A stretch of DNA of 64,000 nt from Stegostoma tigrinum (GCF_030684315.1 NC_081357.1:41031517-41095516); one strand, 5' to 3'. Positions 41,001-56,000 are shown, counted from the stretch's first letter. Program-made: numbers and translations. Notes: a model not told the origin generated them from the letters alone.

Positions 41001-44000
41001 TCAGAAATCTTGCCTTGTTCTTTTTCATTCTCCTCTTGCTGCCGCTTTACCACAGCCTGTACAGCGCAAAGTACAGTATTAATTGCTGGCTCCACTTGCA
41101 GATTGAAGTCTACTAGCAAACTCACACTGGAATCTAGTGATTACAGAACACAAAAACAGCAACAGATAATTTAAAATGCATTGCTTGGTCAATTTTCTTC
41201 TTGTAAAATAGAACAAAAAAAGGTGTTTCACATTTCATTCTCACCATCAAATGTCAAATTCAGTAGATTTTTCTCCCATGATGCAAATTCAGCTGTAGCA
41301 CAACTGACTTCGTCCTTAATATACTCGAGGCTCTTGAACAGTGCTGGGCAGTAAGATGCATTCCCAGAAGCAGCAGCAGCAGCAAACATGGTCTGTATAT
41401 CTTGCAGCTGAACCATGGCTCTATTCAAACAACTAATCCCCAGTGAACAGGTCTCAAAACATGTCCTGGCAAAATAACATCACATTTATGTTTATAGTCA
41501 GAAAAATAAGCAACTGAAACAGAAATGTGGCATCCATTTTCTTATACTTGTACTAAACTTGAGAAGTGGCAAGTAACAGACATTCCATAAAAATGCCAGG
41601 GAATGTCTATCTCCAGCAAGAGAAATTGTAAGCATCTTTCATTGATGCTCAAAGGCAACATTACCGTCAATTTCTAAAACATCATAATTCTGGGGGTCAC
41701 TATTAACCAGAAACTGAACAGGACCAGCCATGTTGACACCGTGAGGCTGTTGACTTGCTTACCAAGCTGGCTTGCTCTCATTCAGACGTTTGGTCACCAT
41801 GCTAGGTGACATCATCAATGGAGCCTCCGGAAACGATGTTGTTCTATTCTGCTTGGAACTTATACCAAATGGTCCATTATGGGGAGTAGTGTCATTCCTG
41901 GTTTTGATCTGTATGGGTTAGTTTATAAGGTCCAATTCTGTATGTTTGTTGATTGCACTATGGGTTGCCTTGTTCCAGTTAAATTGATAGCCTTCATTGT
42001 CTGAACGTACCACTAGTAAGGAGAGTTCGTGGTGCAGTTTTGCTGCTATCTGATGTTCATGTATTCCGATGGCTGGTTTCTTTCTTATCTGTCCAATATC
42101 ATGGTTGTGGCAGTCATTGCATGGTATTTTGTAAACCACATTGGTTCTGCATGTTGTGGGAATGTGGTCTTTAATCCTTGAGAGTGTTGTCCTGGAGTGG
42201 CTATGGGATTGTGTGCCACCGTAATTCCTAGTGGTCTTAGTTTTGTAAGTCTTGGTAGCCATAGTAACCCAAACCAAACCTAGACATGCACGGGAATTCC
42301 TGGAGGCATGGTTCTCCACCCATAATGCAACAAACATAGAATTAGACCCCATATACAAACCCAAGCAGATCAAAACCGGGATTGACACTACTCATCATAA
42401 CAGATTGGACAGTATAAATTCCAAGTGGAGTAGAATAACATCGCTTCATCGGAGACTCCACTCATGGTGTCACCTAACATGGTGACAAAATGTCTGAACA
42501 AAAACAAGCCAGCTCAGTGAGCAAGTCAACACCCACATCCACAACCTGAGCTACAGAGCTTTGGCAAAAGTTTAAATGTAAACAGTGTGGCTACCAGAGC
42601 TGGTTAGATGCCAGGAATTCAGTCATGACTAACATGTCATAACCTCTCAAAATCTTGTCCGCCATCTGCAAGATAAGAGTCAGGAGAGCGATGGAATACT
42701 TTCCACTTGTGTAGGTGAGTGCATCTCCATTAGTTTAACACCAACCAGTTCGATCAGCACCCCATCTACCCCCTTCATCTTTCACTCCTTCCAGTGCCAT
42801 TTACAAGAGATGCAGTGCAGCGATTCACTATGGCCTATAAGAGATGTAGGGAATTGGGAACACACTCACTTGCATCTGCACCTCCATCCATCCACCATCT
42901 CTTGCTCAAAATCCTGATATTTTAACTGCAGCAGGAATGTTTGTTGAAGCATAAATATTGGTCAGAAAACTGGGGATAACTCCCCCGATATTCTTTAAAA
43001 TACAAGCAAGGGATCTTGAACATCTAGCCACCCACGTGGGCAGATTTACTGATTAACATAGTACAGAAAATGCCCTTTGGCCCACTGAGTCTGCACCTAC
43101 ATAACTACCACTAAAAGTGCACTAATCTCAATTTCCTGCACATGCCCCACACCACTGAATGATATGATGTTTGAAGTACAACCTTTTAAAATAAGAAATG
43201 TGGGTGAATAAAGTTTCTGGCCTCCAGCACCTTCCCAAACAGTGGATACCAGATTCCCATGACCTGCTGAGTGAACGACGTTTTTTGCTCAAATCCACTC
43301 TGAATCTCTGGCCCTTTAGCCTAAAGCTATGCCCTCTTGTGACTGACCCCTCAACCAAGGGGAACAGCTGCTCTCTATTTCACCTTGTCCATTCCCCTCA
43401 AACTTATACACCTCAATCATGATCCCCCTCACATCCAGTCTTCTCTGCTCTAAAGAGAACAATCCAAGCCTATGTAGTCTCTCCTTACAACTCTATTTCT
43501 CCATCCCAGACTTCCTCTGTATCCCCTCTGGTGTGATCACAGCCTTCAAGTAGTGAGGTAACCAGAACTGTACACAGTACTCCAGCTGTGGCCTGACCAA
43601 CTCTGTGTACAACTTCAACAGTACCTCCTTGCTCTTATACTCTATGCCAGAACAGATGAAAGCAATGTCCCAAATGCCTTCTTAAAAGTCTTATTCATGT
43701 GCTCTGCTGACTTCAGGGACCTGTGAATAATTACTCCAAGATCCCTCTATTCCTCTAAGTTACTTAGTGTCTTGCCATTCATTGAATACTCCCGCATCCT
43801 GTTTCTCTTCTGAGGTGCAGGTCAGGGCCTTGGTTCAGTAGGTCATCCAAAATAAACCTCTGACACCACAGCATTCCTTCAGTACTGCACTGGAGTGTCA
43901 GACTTAATATTTTGTGTTTGGGTTTCCAGAATGCAATTTGAATGCAGAGCATTCCAACTCACAGCCAAGTTACATTGTCATTAGGCAAGTGTACCATCTG

Positions 44001-47000
44001 CTGAGACACAACTGATTTTATATAGAATACCTTACTTACTTACTGTGTTACCAACATGATTGTTTTTAAATTACGGAAAGATTTACCATGAATATAGCAA
44101 AGTTTTGCTGGTATGCTGACTCATCTCATCCACTTGTGCCTTTACCGCTTTAACTTCCTTCAACATGTTTTCCACTTGCTGAGTCACCTGTTGCCAGGTG
44201 GGATCTCCTTGCTGCATTTTACAAGCACTGGGCAAGTAATCTTCAACCAAGGGTGTGGGGAACCTCAAATGGGGCCGGACAAAATCCTCAGGTAATGATG
44301 ATGCTGCTGCCATTTGTGCATTTCCTGGGTCCATTTGATCAGTGGGTTTGTCCTGCAGTTCATCATATGTTTCAAATGGTTTCTCTCTTGGACAACACTG
44401 CAAAAACCACAAAAGCTGCTCCAAGGCTATCACAAACTTCATAGACAGGGTGCGCAGTTGGTCCATCCAAAGTCTGACATCAGCCTGTGGTGGAAGTGCC
44501 ACAGCATGGTCCTTGAAATCTGCCAGACTTTTCTGAATCTTGTGTAGACTTTTAATCAGATATCTAATAAACAAGAGAAAGGGATTTAAATCACAGCTCG
44601 AATTCGAAAAAGGACAGACAAATAATGGGCAAAGTAATGACAATGCAATTTTTAAGTAAATAAGTTGCTAAACATTGAAGTTATTATGTAAGGCTACTTA
44701 AAAAAAACACACACACACAAACAATTGGAAAATTATAGTGTTACTGAACAAAAATGAAGCCATTAAAACATTTTAAATGCAGAGTCACACAACATACCTT
44801 AAGCTGACCCACTGCTCAGTTAGCCCAGTTAGGCACTGTCTTTGTTTGATCAAAAGTTTCAGCAGATGAGCTGTAAATCCTTGGCAACGTTCAACATTGC
44901 CCAGGCTAAGTTCCTACAAAAGCCAAGCAAACATCATGAAAACAGAAGACTAGAATATGACAAGACAGCAATCTCTTGCCAATGATTTCAAAACTAGTGG
45001 GAAAAGAAGATCTGAAGCAATAAAACTAAATTGAGCTAGCGTTATTGTTCTTGAGAATGATTAATTTTGTATTTTTCTGAGCCCTTCATTTCTTATTCAG
45101 TTCATTAAGATTTAATCCAATTATTAATGAATATATCCCACAACACTAGTGTCCGTTAATTGAGGTGGGCAATTTATTCAAGTTGTCAACTCAGGTTCAA
45201 CAAGGTTTTCTTTCAAGAAAATTCTGTTCATGGCGAATAATTAAATGATTAGATCCATTATTATTCAGTATTTGATCCACCACCTTCCTAAACCTGACTG
45301 CCATTACTTTAAAACATGGATCACATTGCATACATGCTGATCTTTTCTCTTCTCCAAAGCAGACAGATTCAGTATTTGCCGTGCAGTGATTTAAATCTTA
45401 CAAATAATCTCTGATCTTGCTATAAATCCTTTCCATTGTTTCTAATTGTTATAGCCACAACAACTGGAGTTTAGCATCGCAGCCTGAACATTTTGAAAAG
45501 AAGTTTTTAAAAATAAAAAGTTATTTTCAAGGATGTGGATGATAATGCTGAGGCAGGATATATTGCCTATTCTTTGTTGCCTTAAAAATTAATCAACTTA
45601 TAAATTAGGAGCAGGTGCAGGTGATGGACAGTGGGCCAAATGCTAGGAAATGAGATTGGAGTAGTTAGGTGGCTGTTTTTGACCAGTGGGAGACCAAGTA
45701 GAAGTGGGAGGTTTCCCTCCTTAAACCACTTTTTGTTCTAAAGAAAAGCAACGTGCATTTTTTGTTTTTCTAGCTACAAAGCTCAACATTGCAAGTGGGC
45801 AACTCGGGATTTGAACTCTCCACTTCTGAGTTGCTAGTACAGTTGCAGAAACAGTTACCACTACATCCTTGCTTTTAAGGATCTATTTATTCACATAACT
45901 TATGAGCCCTAAAGCGCAATAATGCTTTTGTAATTTGATAAATTGCACCAGTAACTTTCTCCACTTTTTGGCAATATCTCCAATTTCACACTGCACTGAT
46001 GTGAATACACCTATCCAGATGCTAATGTGACAATCTAATCACTAAGTGGTTCTATACCAATTCCTGACCAACTAAAGACAGATGGAAATTACTGTAGTCA
46101 AAGACAACTAGGTTGAAATTCTGCCTGTTAATGTTCAGAGTCACTGTGACCATCATTACCTTGGCAGGAGTACGCATTGCCACCTGGAGGGCAGCACGAC
46201 GCGCAACAGACTGATAGAAAAACTTCTGACAGTCTTCCCATGCAGCAGAAATTTCAGCAAGCAACCTGCAACATTAACAAATGTCAATACTACATATTTA
46301 AAACCACAGTATTACTCAGAACACAGACCTTTTTAACAAAATAGTATTCTGTAGTATCAAAGAGCTTCTTTTAAACTCAATTCTGGCATTTTAAAATAAT
46401 TTTCCAGCACTAGTTATGCCAATATTACCTGCCAATATCTATTTACAATTACAATGCTTCCTATTCACTCCTTCAGGAAGAAAAATAATTTTGTTATGAG
46501 AAACACATCGGAGTAAAGTATCAAATTCTTAGTTTTGTAAATTTTCATCCTCAATTGCAAAATAACGGCTGTTAAAACTAAACATTATCAGATACAAGAA
46601 TGTAAAGTGGGCCAAACCTGAGTGGAGGCCCTTGAATGTGTGTTACTAGCCTACTTCAGAGTCTGAAATGGCGGTAAGTTCAGAGGACCCCCACAGACAT
46701 CTTGTCTAGAATGTAAATGTTGAGATGGCAGGAAGGGGGAGCAGTTTCCCCTCCCAGCCAGCTTGCTCAATTACTTTAGATCTCATGAACTGTAGATGCT
46801 GGAGTCAGAGATAACACTGCATGGAGCTGAAGGAAAACAGCAGGTCAGGCAGCATCAGAGCAGCAGGAAAGTTGATATTTCAGGTTGGGACCCTTCTTCA
46901 GAAACTATTTTTTATGTTATGAATTGTCAAGTCAACTTTCCTCCTCCTCTGATGCTGCCTGGCCTGCTGTGGTCCTCCAGCTCCACACGGTTACCTCTTG

Positions 47001-50000
47001 CTCAATGACTTGTCCTTCTCACCACCTCCAGGGGAGGAGGGGGGTGGGGGATGGTAGAGGGAGAGATTTACTAGAAGGATGTGGACACTTTGGAGAGGGT
47101 ACAGAAAGAGGCCTACCAGGATGTTAATAAAAACCAAAAGGGCTGCGGATGCTATAAATCAGGAACAAAAACAGAAATTGATGGAAAAGCTCAGCAGGTC
47201 CGGCAGCATCCGAGAGAGAAAACACAGTTAACATTTCGGATCCGGTGGCACTTCCTCAGGACTGTTCTGAGGAAGGATCACCGGATCTGAAACATAAAAT
47301 CTGATTTTCTCTTCACAGATGCTGCCAGACCTGCTGAGCTTTTCCAGCAATTTCTGCTTTTCTTCTTTTTTTTCTAAAACCAGGATGCTTTTTTTTTAAA
47401 ACCAGCCGGGTAGGGGGAATTTTAATTATGAGAAAAGGTTGGATAGACTGGGTTTGTTTTCAATGAAACGCAGGAGGTTGCGGAGCAACCCAAAAGAAGC
47501 TTAAAAGATTATGAATGACATGGATAGAGGGGAAAGTATGAGGCTTTTTCCCTCACAGTGGGATGATCAATTACTAGGGGACACGGGTTCAACGAGCAGT
47601 GGTGGGGGTGGGTGGTTAAAAGAAATGTACAAGGCAGGTTTTTGACACAAAAGGCAAGAGTGTGCCTGGAACATACTGCCAGAGGTAGTGATGCAAACAG
47701 ACACAGTAACAGTATTTAGAAAGCACTTGGACGAAAACATGAGTAGGAAGGGAAGAGAGGGATACGGATCTAAGTGAAGACTGTTTTAATATGGAATGAC
47801 AAAATGTGTTGGTGTGGGCTTGGAGGGCCAAAAGGCCTGTTCCTGTGCTGCACTGTTCTTTGTTCTCATATAGTTTCATTTTCCAATTAAGTAAAACTCT
47901 CAGTCACAAAACTAGATTTCCCTGACAATATTATCTACAATTTAATCTAAAAGCAATGTTTCACACCTTTCTGCAATTGAGAACCTTGGCATTTCCTGTA
48001 GTCAAAGTGAGAGACCTACTCCCAGAGCTACATTAAAATAAGTCCTTCTTCAGCCACAGAAACATAAGAGCTTCACTCGAGGCCAGTTTTGCCGATTTTT
48101 CCACTTGTCCCACCCACTGACTGCATTGAAGTTTCCACTTATTCACTTCATACAGCAGACATTAAGAATTAGTTGAGCACTAGTGAAGGACAAGTTTACA
48201 TCTTAGCAACCCAAGGCCCTGCATACTGCTGCTTGTCGCCTCCTTTACCACAAACAATTTTTGTATAGTTAACAAAATTAAAGATTATGTTCTCATATTA
48301 AATTTCACCAGGAACTGGCAGCTCACATGTTATCCAGCTCATCACCACTGCTAATCAGATTTACAGCTGTCTTCACATCAAGTGGATGCAGGCAAAATAC
48401 ATCCGGAGGGTCATCTGTTCGAGACCAAGCTAGTCCTTTACGGTAAGACAGACCTGAAAAGGAGGAGAGGAAGTACAATACACTGTATTTTAGAATGCTG
48501 TGCACCCAGTTGACTGCAGTTTCTCAGTCTGGAGTTCTTCACACTCCATCTCGCGATTCATCTGAGCTCTCTTCCCCACAAAGCCACTTCAGAACATCCC
48601 ATCATAACCATTCAAATCCTGCCATGGCAGATGGTGGAATTTGAATTCAATAAAATATCTGGAATTAAGAATCTAACGATAACCACAAATCCATTGTTGA
48701 CTGTTGGAAAAACTCATCTGATTCACTAATGCCCTTTAGGGAAAGAAACGGCCATCCTTACCTGGTCTGGCCGACATGTGACTCCAGACCCACAGCAAAT
48801 GTGGTTGACTCTAACTGTCCTCTGGGCAGTTAGGGATGGGCAAAAAGTGCTGCCTGGCTAGTGAACCCTCATCCCGTTAATGAAGAAACAATTAAAAAAA
48901 AGCAATAATTTGGAGCAAGCAGTCAGTGAAGCAAAGTCTCAATGGCAATAAAGCCACTTGATATAGTCCATGCACAACCTTTTTGACTAGCTCTTTTCTA
49001 AACTGGGGCCTGCTTTCAACTAATTAGGTCTTAGCTTTTTGACAATCAAGGCACCTAGAACTACAAGATGGAAATATGAATTGAATTCAAAAGGTAAAGT
49101 CATACAGATGCCACTTGGCATCAAATTCAGTTTCATTTGTAACCCCAGACATGAACTACTCCATGTATTTAATACACAGCCTTAATTAAAATGCATAGGC
49201 TCCTGCTAATGGTACTGGGCAAGACTTCAACCACTGAATAATAGTACACATTATAGGATATAAAACTTCTGTTTAGAGTTTGCACATTCTAACTATTTAT
49301 ATCAATCCTGTCATTTATTTAAGGCCATAGTTTTCGTGGAATAAATCCTGATGTTATAGTTTATCAGGGTTAAGGGAAAGTCCTCAAACGCTTGTAGATG
49401 TCTAGCTCCAGTCCAGAGGAAAATAACAAAATGACAATTAAACACCAAAGCCCTTGGGAGAATCTGCACAAAACTATTCTAGAAATCAATACAGTGCTTG
49501 AAGCTTACCAATTTCAGTGAGATGTTTGAAGAGATCTGCCAAGGCCCTTTGCTTCTGCATCAGAATATGTTTGATTTCCGATCGCTGCTTGTCCTTATCA
49601 GCCATTTGGTCAACAGTAAGACTTTGGAGATCTCGTACAGTAGTGATGACATTACCTACCAGAATCAAGAGACAGCTCATAATTCTTTGGGTTGACTGGG
49701 AAGGTTTATCAGTGGTTAAAATAACAGGCACCTTAAGATTTCCCTAATTTCATTGTTGACAAATACCCGTTGTTAAGAACTACTCATACTCAATGTTGAA
49801 TATTTTGTAGTTGGGATGATCATCAAATTTACCTATGCATACTGTTAATGTAGCCAACAATATAAAGTATATGCAAACTATTCAACATGCTGTCAACAAA
49901 CATGAATAACTAGGAACTCCAGAAGCTACATTTGAGAAAATAAAACTCTGAACACTTTGCACATAAAGATAGCAAAGCGAAATGTAGGGTTAGTGGGCTG

Positions 50001-53000
50001 AATTTTCAAACAGTAGTAGAAACTCTGTGGACCTTTGTAAATGGTAGTTGAGAACCTGATCTGGAAGTCCAGACCCAATTTCTGATGGTGGGAGGTATCT
50101 CACGTTTGGTAGCTAAAGTGAGCAATGCATGGCTCACACCAGGAAAACCCAAACTCAGCAGGGCCAACTGAATTCATAACAAATTTAGAAAGACTCTATT
50201 TTCACTATAGCAAGGGCCTGGACCTGCATTTGGAAACTACATATTTTTAAAATAGTCATAGATGCTTGTAAAAGGCAAACGAGGTCTGTCGAACTCATAA
50301 GCTGAGAAGTTACTTTAGTCCGCAGCCCTTTCACAAATGGGGACACAAAGAGATTGCCTGTGTCAGTGAGAGTTGAAAAAAATCTCAGCTCTTGCAATTA
50401 TGGAAGCTATTTGTTGACATTTATCCAGGGCTATAGTTGTATTATTACTAATGTTTGGCTGCTTTCCATAAACTGTAACTACTTCAGGAGTGAGGTCCTT
50501 AGTTTGCAGTTTGATTGTCCTCTCAGCGATTATTAAACGAAGAGCCGTCTTAGGTTACAGTTATGAATCTTAAAAAACTGTCTTTTTGCTAAAAGAATTA
50601 TATACTGAGAGGGTTTAAGAGTTGGGCTTTCACACGAGACTTCTAAAAAATATATATACACATACGTACAATAAATATTATACAGTAGATATTCAGACCT
50701 TTATTAAATGTCATCTCTACATGGCTCCTGTGGATACTGTTGAGTTGGAATGTAGGTGTACGGGTGGGAGGGTAGGAGGTACAGGCTTGGATTGTCATGC
50801 ATTTGCAATAAATTGGTATGGAGGCAATATGAGTTGAGGGATAGAGGGCTTAAAATTTAAGGAAACATTTGGGACCAAGTCCCTGTAAACCAAAGTGGAT
50901 CTGTTAAGCATCCTGTCTCAGCGCTCAGTGGCTGACTGCAATCTGCTTCAGGCAGAGGCGGGTCCCACTGCATCCTCCATCTGTCTATGGTCGGATGGGG
51001 GGTAAAACAAAAATCAGGTCTGACCCGGACACTTTCTCCAGATGGCGTGTGGAGGAGCAAAACTTCTAGACTCTCGCTAACTGCCTCGGCAGCAAGCGAC
51101 GCGACATTTCACCATAGTCACTTGATGCTGCTTAACTGTGACGAGCTGACAACATTGGTTCATATTTTGATTTCAGATTTTTAGCATTTGCATCAGCTTG
51201 CTTTATTTGGGAAATTTTTGGTATGCATGAATAAGAATCCTGCTGTACTTTAAAGACTACAGGACTGGGGTCAAAGTTTGAATTTGGAACATTCATGAAA
51301 TTGTCAAAAGGCTAAAGCCTTTGTTGTTAATTATCACAGTGGTACCAACTCCTAAGAAACTCTATTAATAATCTTCACCAGATCAAACATTTATTTATGT
51401 TTCTTAAAAATTATGGTTCTTTCCTGCACTTGATTCCATTGAAATGGAGATGGATGTAAAATTGTAATAAAATGAAGGGCATATAATCACCCAATAAACT
51501 CCTGGAAACCATTTCTTCTGCATTACAATCACTGCTTGGTTTAGTGCTTTGTCATTTCTTTATTCAACACTTTTTTTTTAATAAAAAGCAAGTTTCACCA
51601 ACTGAACATTTGTTTCTTTTTATTACTGTGTGTTTGCATTAGAACTATATTCAGACCACAGTGAATTCGTATTAACTAAATGCATCAACAGGGAATCGTA
51701 TCTTCATGGCCTTTGATACCTGTAAATTGATCCAGGTTTTCCACAAAACTGGGAAGAGAATTTGTCGTCATAAGCTCCAGACACATTTTCCTCATCCGCT
51801 TACTAAGTGCTGGGAGTCGGTGCTGAAGAGAACTCCCTTCACCCGAGGCGTTATCTTTTCCAATGTCAGGAGAAAACACCTGCAATAGCGTTTGATGGTT
51901 AAAAACTACGACAGTTTACTGTACAAATTTCAACAATGCTTAGACTGAATAAAGAACTGTACTGTTGCTCACTTCTGTCCCCGTAAGAGGGGAAAAAAAA
52001 ACCTGTTACACATGCAACGACATCGAGGTCGCACAGATAAGTTTAATTGTAGCTGTGTTGGTAATAAGAAAGGCCATTAAAGAGCATTTCAAAATCCAGC
52101 TTCGGAATTCCAAACAATGACCAAATGTAAATACTACACACTCACTGCTTTTATAGCAAGGTGATCTTATTTTGAAAGTGACTCATGCTGTGCACCAAAG
52201 TTTGTCATTTAAATTCTTATGTGCTGCTGCAAATCAACAAACTTAAAATATTAAAGTGTTTGTCTTTTCAAACAAAAAAAAGGAAAGCCAATGTCTTTGC
52301 AGAGTGAAAGAATAAGCAGGCAATAGCACTGCCACAAATTTTCAGGTAGCAAAGGCAGGCGTAAAACTCAGATGCAACCTACTGGCATGGAAGAAATTAT
52401 TCTCATACGGAATAGGACAGGGGAGCTACAGATACACCACAGGCATTTAATATATTTGAAAGTCACTAATATCATCTCAGACAAATGGTATGTACAGCAA
52501 GACTTATGTTCACAACCTGAATTCCCAACAGAAAGCCTGTTCACTTCAACACATTGAAGGAGAGAAATTAACAATGGATGGCAACAAGGTGGGCAGCAAC
52601 TGGCTATGCAGTAGCAAGATCTGAGGCCTCTGAAAAGCGCTAAAGGGATGATCGGATAAGGAGAAATCAGTATTTCTTTTTTAAAACTCATCATGGAATG
52701 CTCATCAAATATTTACGGCATTTTAGTGAGCTGTGTACAGCTTTCAAATGGGACAAGACCACATAACAGCAGTAGAATATTCTTTCACACCAGTGCTGAA
52801 TCAATGCCCCTTCTTAAAAACTGGTCACTTGGACTCAACGTGACTAAGAGCTTACATTGGGACTCTCTCTTAAAGGTGATCCATGGGATAATTGAAAGGA
52901 GCAAACGAAAAGCACCATGGAAGTAACAGATTTGTAATTTTGTTAGGCAAAATATAATATGAACTCTACAAGTATTTAAATCAAAATTTAAGCAAGGTAA

Positions 53001-56000
53001 AAAGAGTTCAAATGGAAAGTTTATATTTGCTGCAAATCAAAATGAAAGTCCCAGACAGTTGCTGTAATTTCTTGAATCATGTCGTTTCAACAGAAAGATC
53101 ATTTTCAATAATAGTTATGTCATAGCTTCTTTTCACTGAACTGTTGATCAATAGATGGTGCAATTATAGCTACTCCAACAACTTCCATGTGTGTACCTGC
53201 GTGACGTGACACTTCTCTAGAGAGAACTTTCTAAGTACACAATTCAGCTTCTCCAGCCTGGTTTGTTTCTGTTGGTCAATATTATCCAAGCTCCCAGAAC
53301 TTCCCATTTCTGTTAATGCAGGACAACATGGATTGTTGAGCACAGCTTCAAACTTCTTCATAAACTTAAAGAGTGTTCTGTGGACACACAAAGTAAGTTA
53401 CAATGAAACAATTTTGTTGAAGACGAACCATAATATCAGGCCTTAAATGTTTGCATTATGGGAATAGATGTATAAATGTGGCTTGAATTCCCTCAGGTCC
53501 AAGAGTTTGAGTGTCATCCAAAATGTTGGCAAATCAATTTAACGGATGTGATGGCTTTCTTACATGGGGAACCCAAATCAAGAGGAATCTTTAATAATTT
53601 ATGCTAGAGCATGCAGAAGTGAAATCTAGAAGTGAAATCAAGAAATGCTTTACCCATTTCTACTTAGATTTTTTTTTTGATTTTCTTTCTCAAAATTGAT
53701 TATGCATCAAAATTGAAAGTATAACAGTTTACTTCGATCTAATGTAGTAATGTAAAAACAGCAAAGGGTATGGAATAAAATTAGATAAATTGGATTGAGT
53801 GCCTGAATTTTGTCCAATTTGAATAATATCCCTTTATTTGTATAAATGCAATGTCACACAAAGTTTAATATTATAACAAACTGTTCTCCAGTGAAGCTTC
53901 TGTCATTCACATTCAACAGCCTGAAACTATTTGTTTGAAGTTGTCAGCTATTTATTTTTATATTTAACCTGAAAGAACTGCTCAAATCACCAACTGAGAA
54001 GGCACCTAGGTATCTAGTCAGTGCTGCTCACACTAAAATCAGCTTTACTTTCTGAAGACTCCCTCCTTATACAGACAGGGCCGCCAAACAACACTGCTGG
54101 AGACTGGAAACTCGGGCAGAGAACTGTGCTAATAAACGTATGCCCCCCTGCACCTTAATGGGGCTTTACATCTTTAGCAGTGGTAGTTGCTGGATACCAA
54201 TGTAGAATGCCAAAAATCTACAGTCAAGAGATTGTATAGAATGTACAACACAGAAACCGGCTAATGAGTTCAACTGGTCCAGTGATTATGCTTCGTATGT
54301 AACCAACTTCAATATGACAATCCCTCTGCATCTCTCCTGTTAATTTAGCCTTCCTTTGAACATACCTATGTTGTCTGCCACAGCTACGCCTTTTGGTATC
54401 AAGTGCTAAACCCTAATCACTCTTTACATAAATGTTTCTCCTAAACTTCAAAATGACCACCTTATATTTATGACCTGAAATAAAACAAAGAACTATGGGG
54501 GGTGTTGGAGATCTGAAACATAAAATGCCAGCGAAACTCGGCATTCTGCTGTTATTTTCCTTCCCACTGATGTTGCGAGACCTACTGAATGTTACCAGCA
54601 ACTTCTGTTTTTGTGCTATATTTGTGGCCCATGGTTTGGGATTCTCCTACGTACTGAAACAATTTTTTATATGTCTATCCTGTCTTTACTCATCTTCATT
54701 TGGTCATCCCTCATTGTTTTCTGGAGAAAAGACATATTAAACAACAATGTTGTGGAACAATGCAAATTCTAATTTTCCTCCAATGACCACACTCCTGGGT
54801 TGTGGAGCTGTCCACTATCTGAGATGATTATGAGTAATGCGCTTCTTTTTTAAAAGGAAATTCATCAATACAGACAGGTTACAATCCACTAGGACCTGAA
54901 AAGGTGGACGTTCTGGCCCAGAGGTAGCGGCACCACCACAGCGTCCCAAGAGCTGCCACAGTCACGTGCACTTTACAGGATGGAACTGATCCCTATAACT
55001 GAGCTACATGACATATTTCATCTTTAGAAAACCTTTTGCACCAACTCGTCTATTGAGGAAGTGAAATTGAAGAATTAAGGGTTTTTCTTTTTTAAATGTT
55101 CTGCGAGTATATGTTAATAATAGACTATCTGTATGACCTTAACTGACTACAACTACCTCACAGGTAGAAACATCCCTAAATTGAAGGGACATGTACTGAA
55201 TCCAGACAGACATCAGTTCCATCACATACAGGAGGCTCATTGCATGTCAGAAATATGATGCATACAGGCAGAACCCAGGTTGCTAACACTGTTTCGTTCT
55301 GGAAACCATTTGAGAGTTGATTTGTAGACAAGTTGGACCACAATGCAGGACAATGTGAAAAAGCCATTTGTAAGTATGGGAAACGTTCACATGTCAGATC
55401 TTTAAAGTACATCCCTGTATGGGATCGCGTTTGTAAATGTGAGAGTGTTCATAAGTTGGATATTCATAAATTAGGGACACCCTACACATCTGCAGCCTAT
55501 TTCAGCTGCAATCTGGTCTCCACTACACTGTCAGTTTATCACCTCTTTATTGTCACGAGCCACGAATTCAGAACTGTTTGAATATTCAGTTTTTGCGGAA
55601 CTTTTATGGTGCTGTGCACAAATGATTCTTCTAAACTGGTTTGATTTCTAATGAATTGTGCCACACTTGTTATGAACCGATACTTTCCTGGGGTTTACCA
55701 ATGCCCTCCAGGGAAAGAAATCTGCCATCCTTATCTGATCAGTGACATCTGGTCCTGAATGAGACCCAAGTGGTTGAGTCGGACAAGGCTCTCTGTGCAA
55801 TTAGGGATGAGCAAAATATACTGATTCAGCTTGGAGCACCTATGTCCCATGAAGAATAAAGCAAACATCTTGACATTACCTGTGCGTTTTCTCTACTGAT
55901 TGCTTCACGGACCAGAAACTGGCATCATTCCATCGACTAATCTTAACAAAGTCCTGTATACAGACATATCTGAATTACTACAGGAATTCTAAGGGTAAGT

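Noticed and set aside
41228-41244. Exon extension GENEM using a GT at 41231
   Set aside because: Gives phase 2, incompatible with the next exon; the gtgaga donor at 41244 fits.
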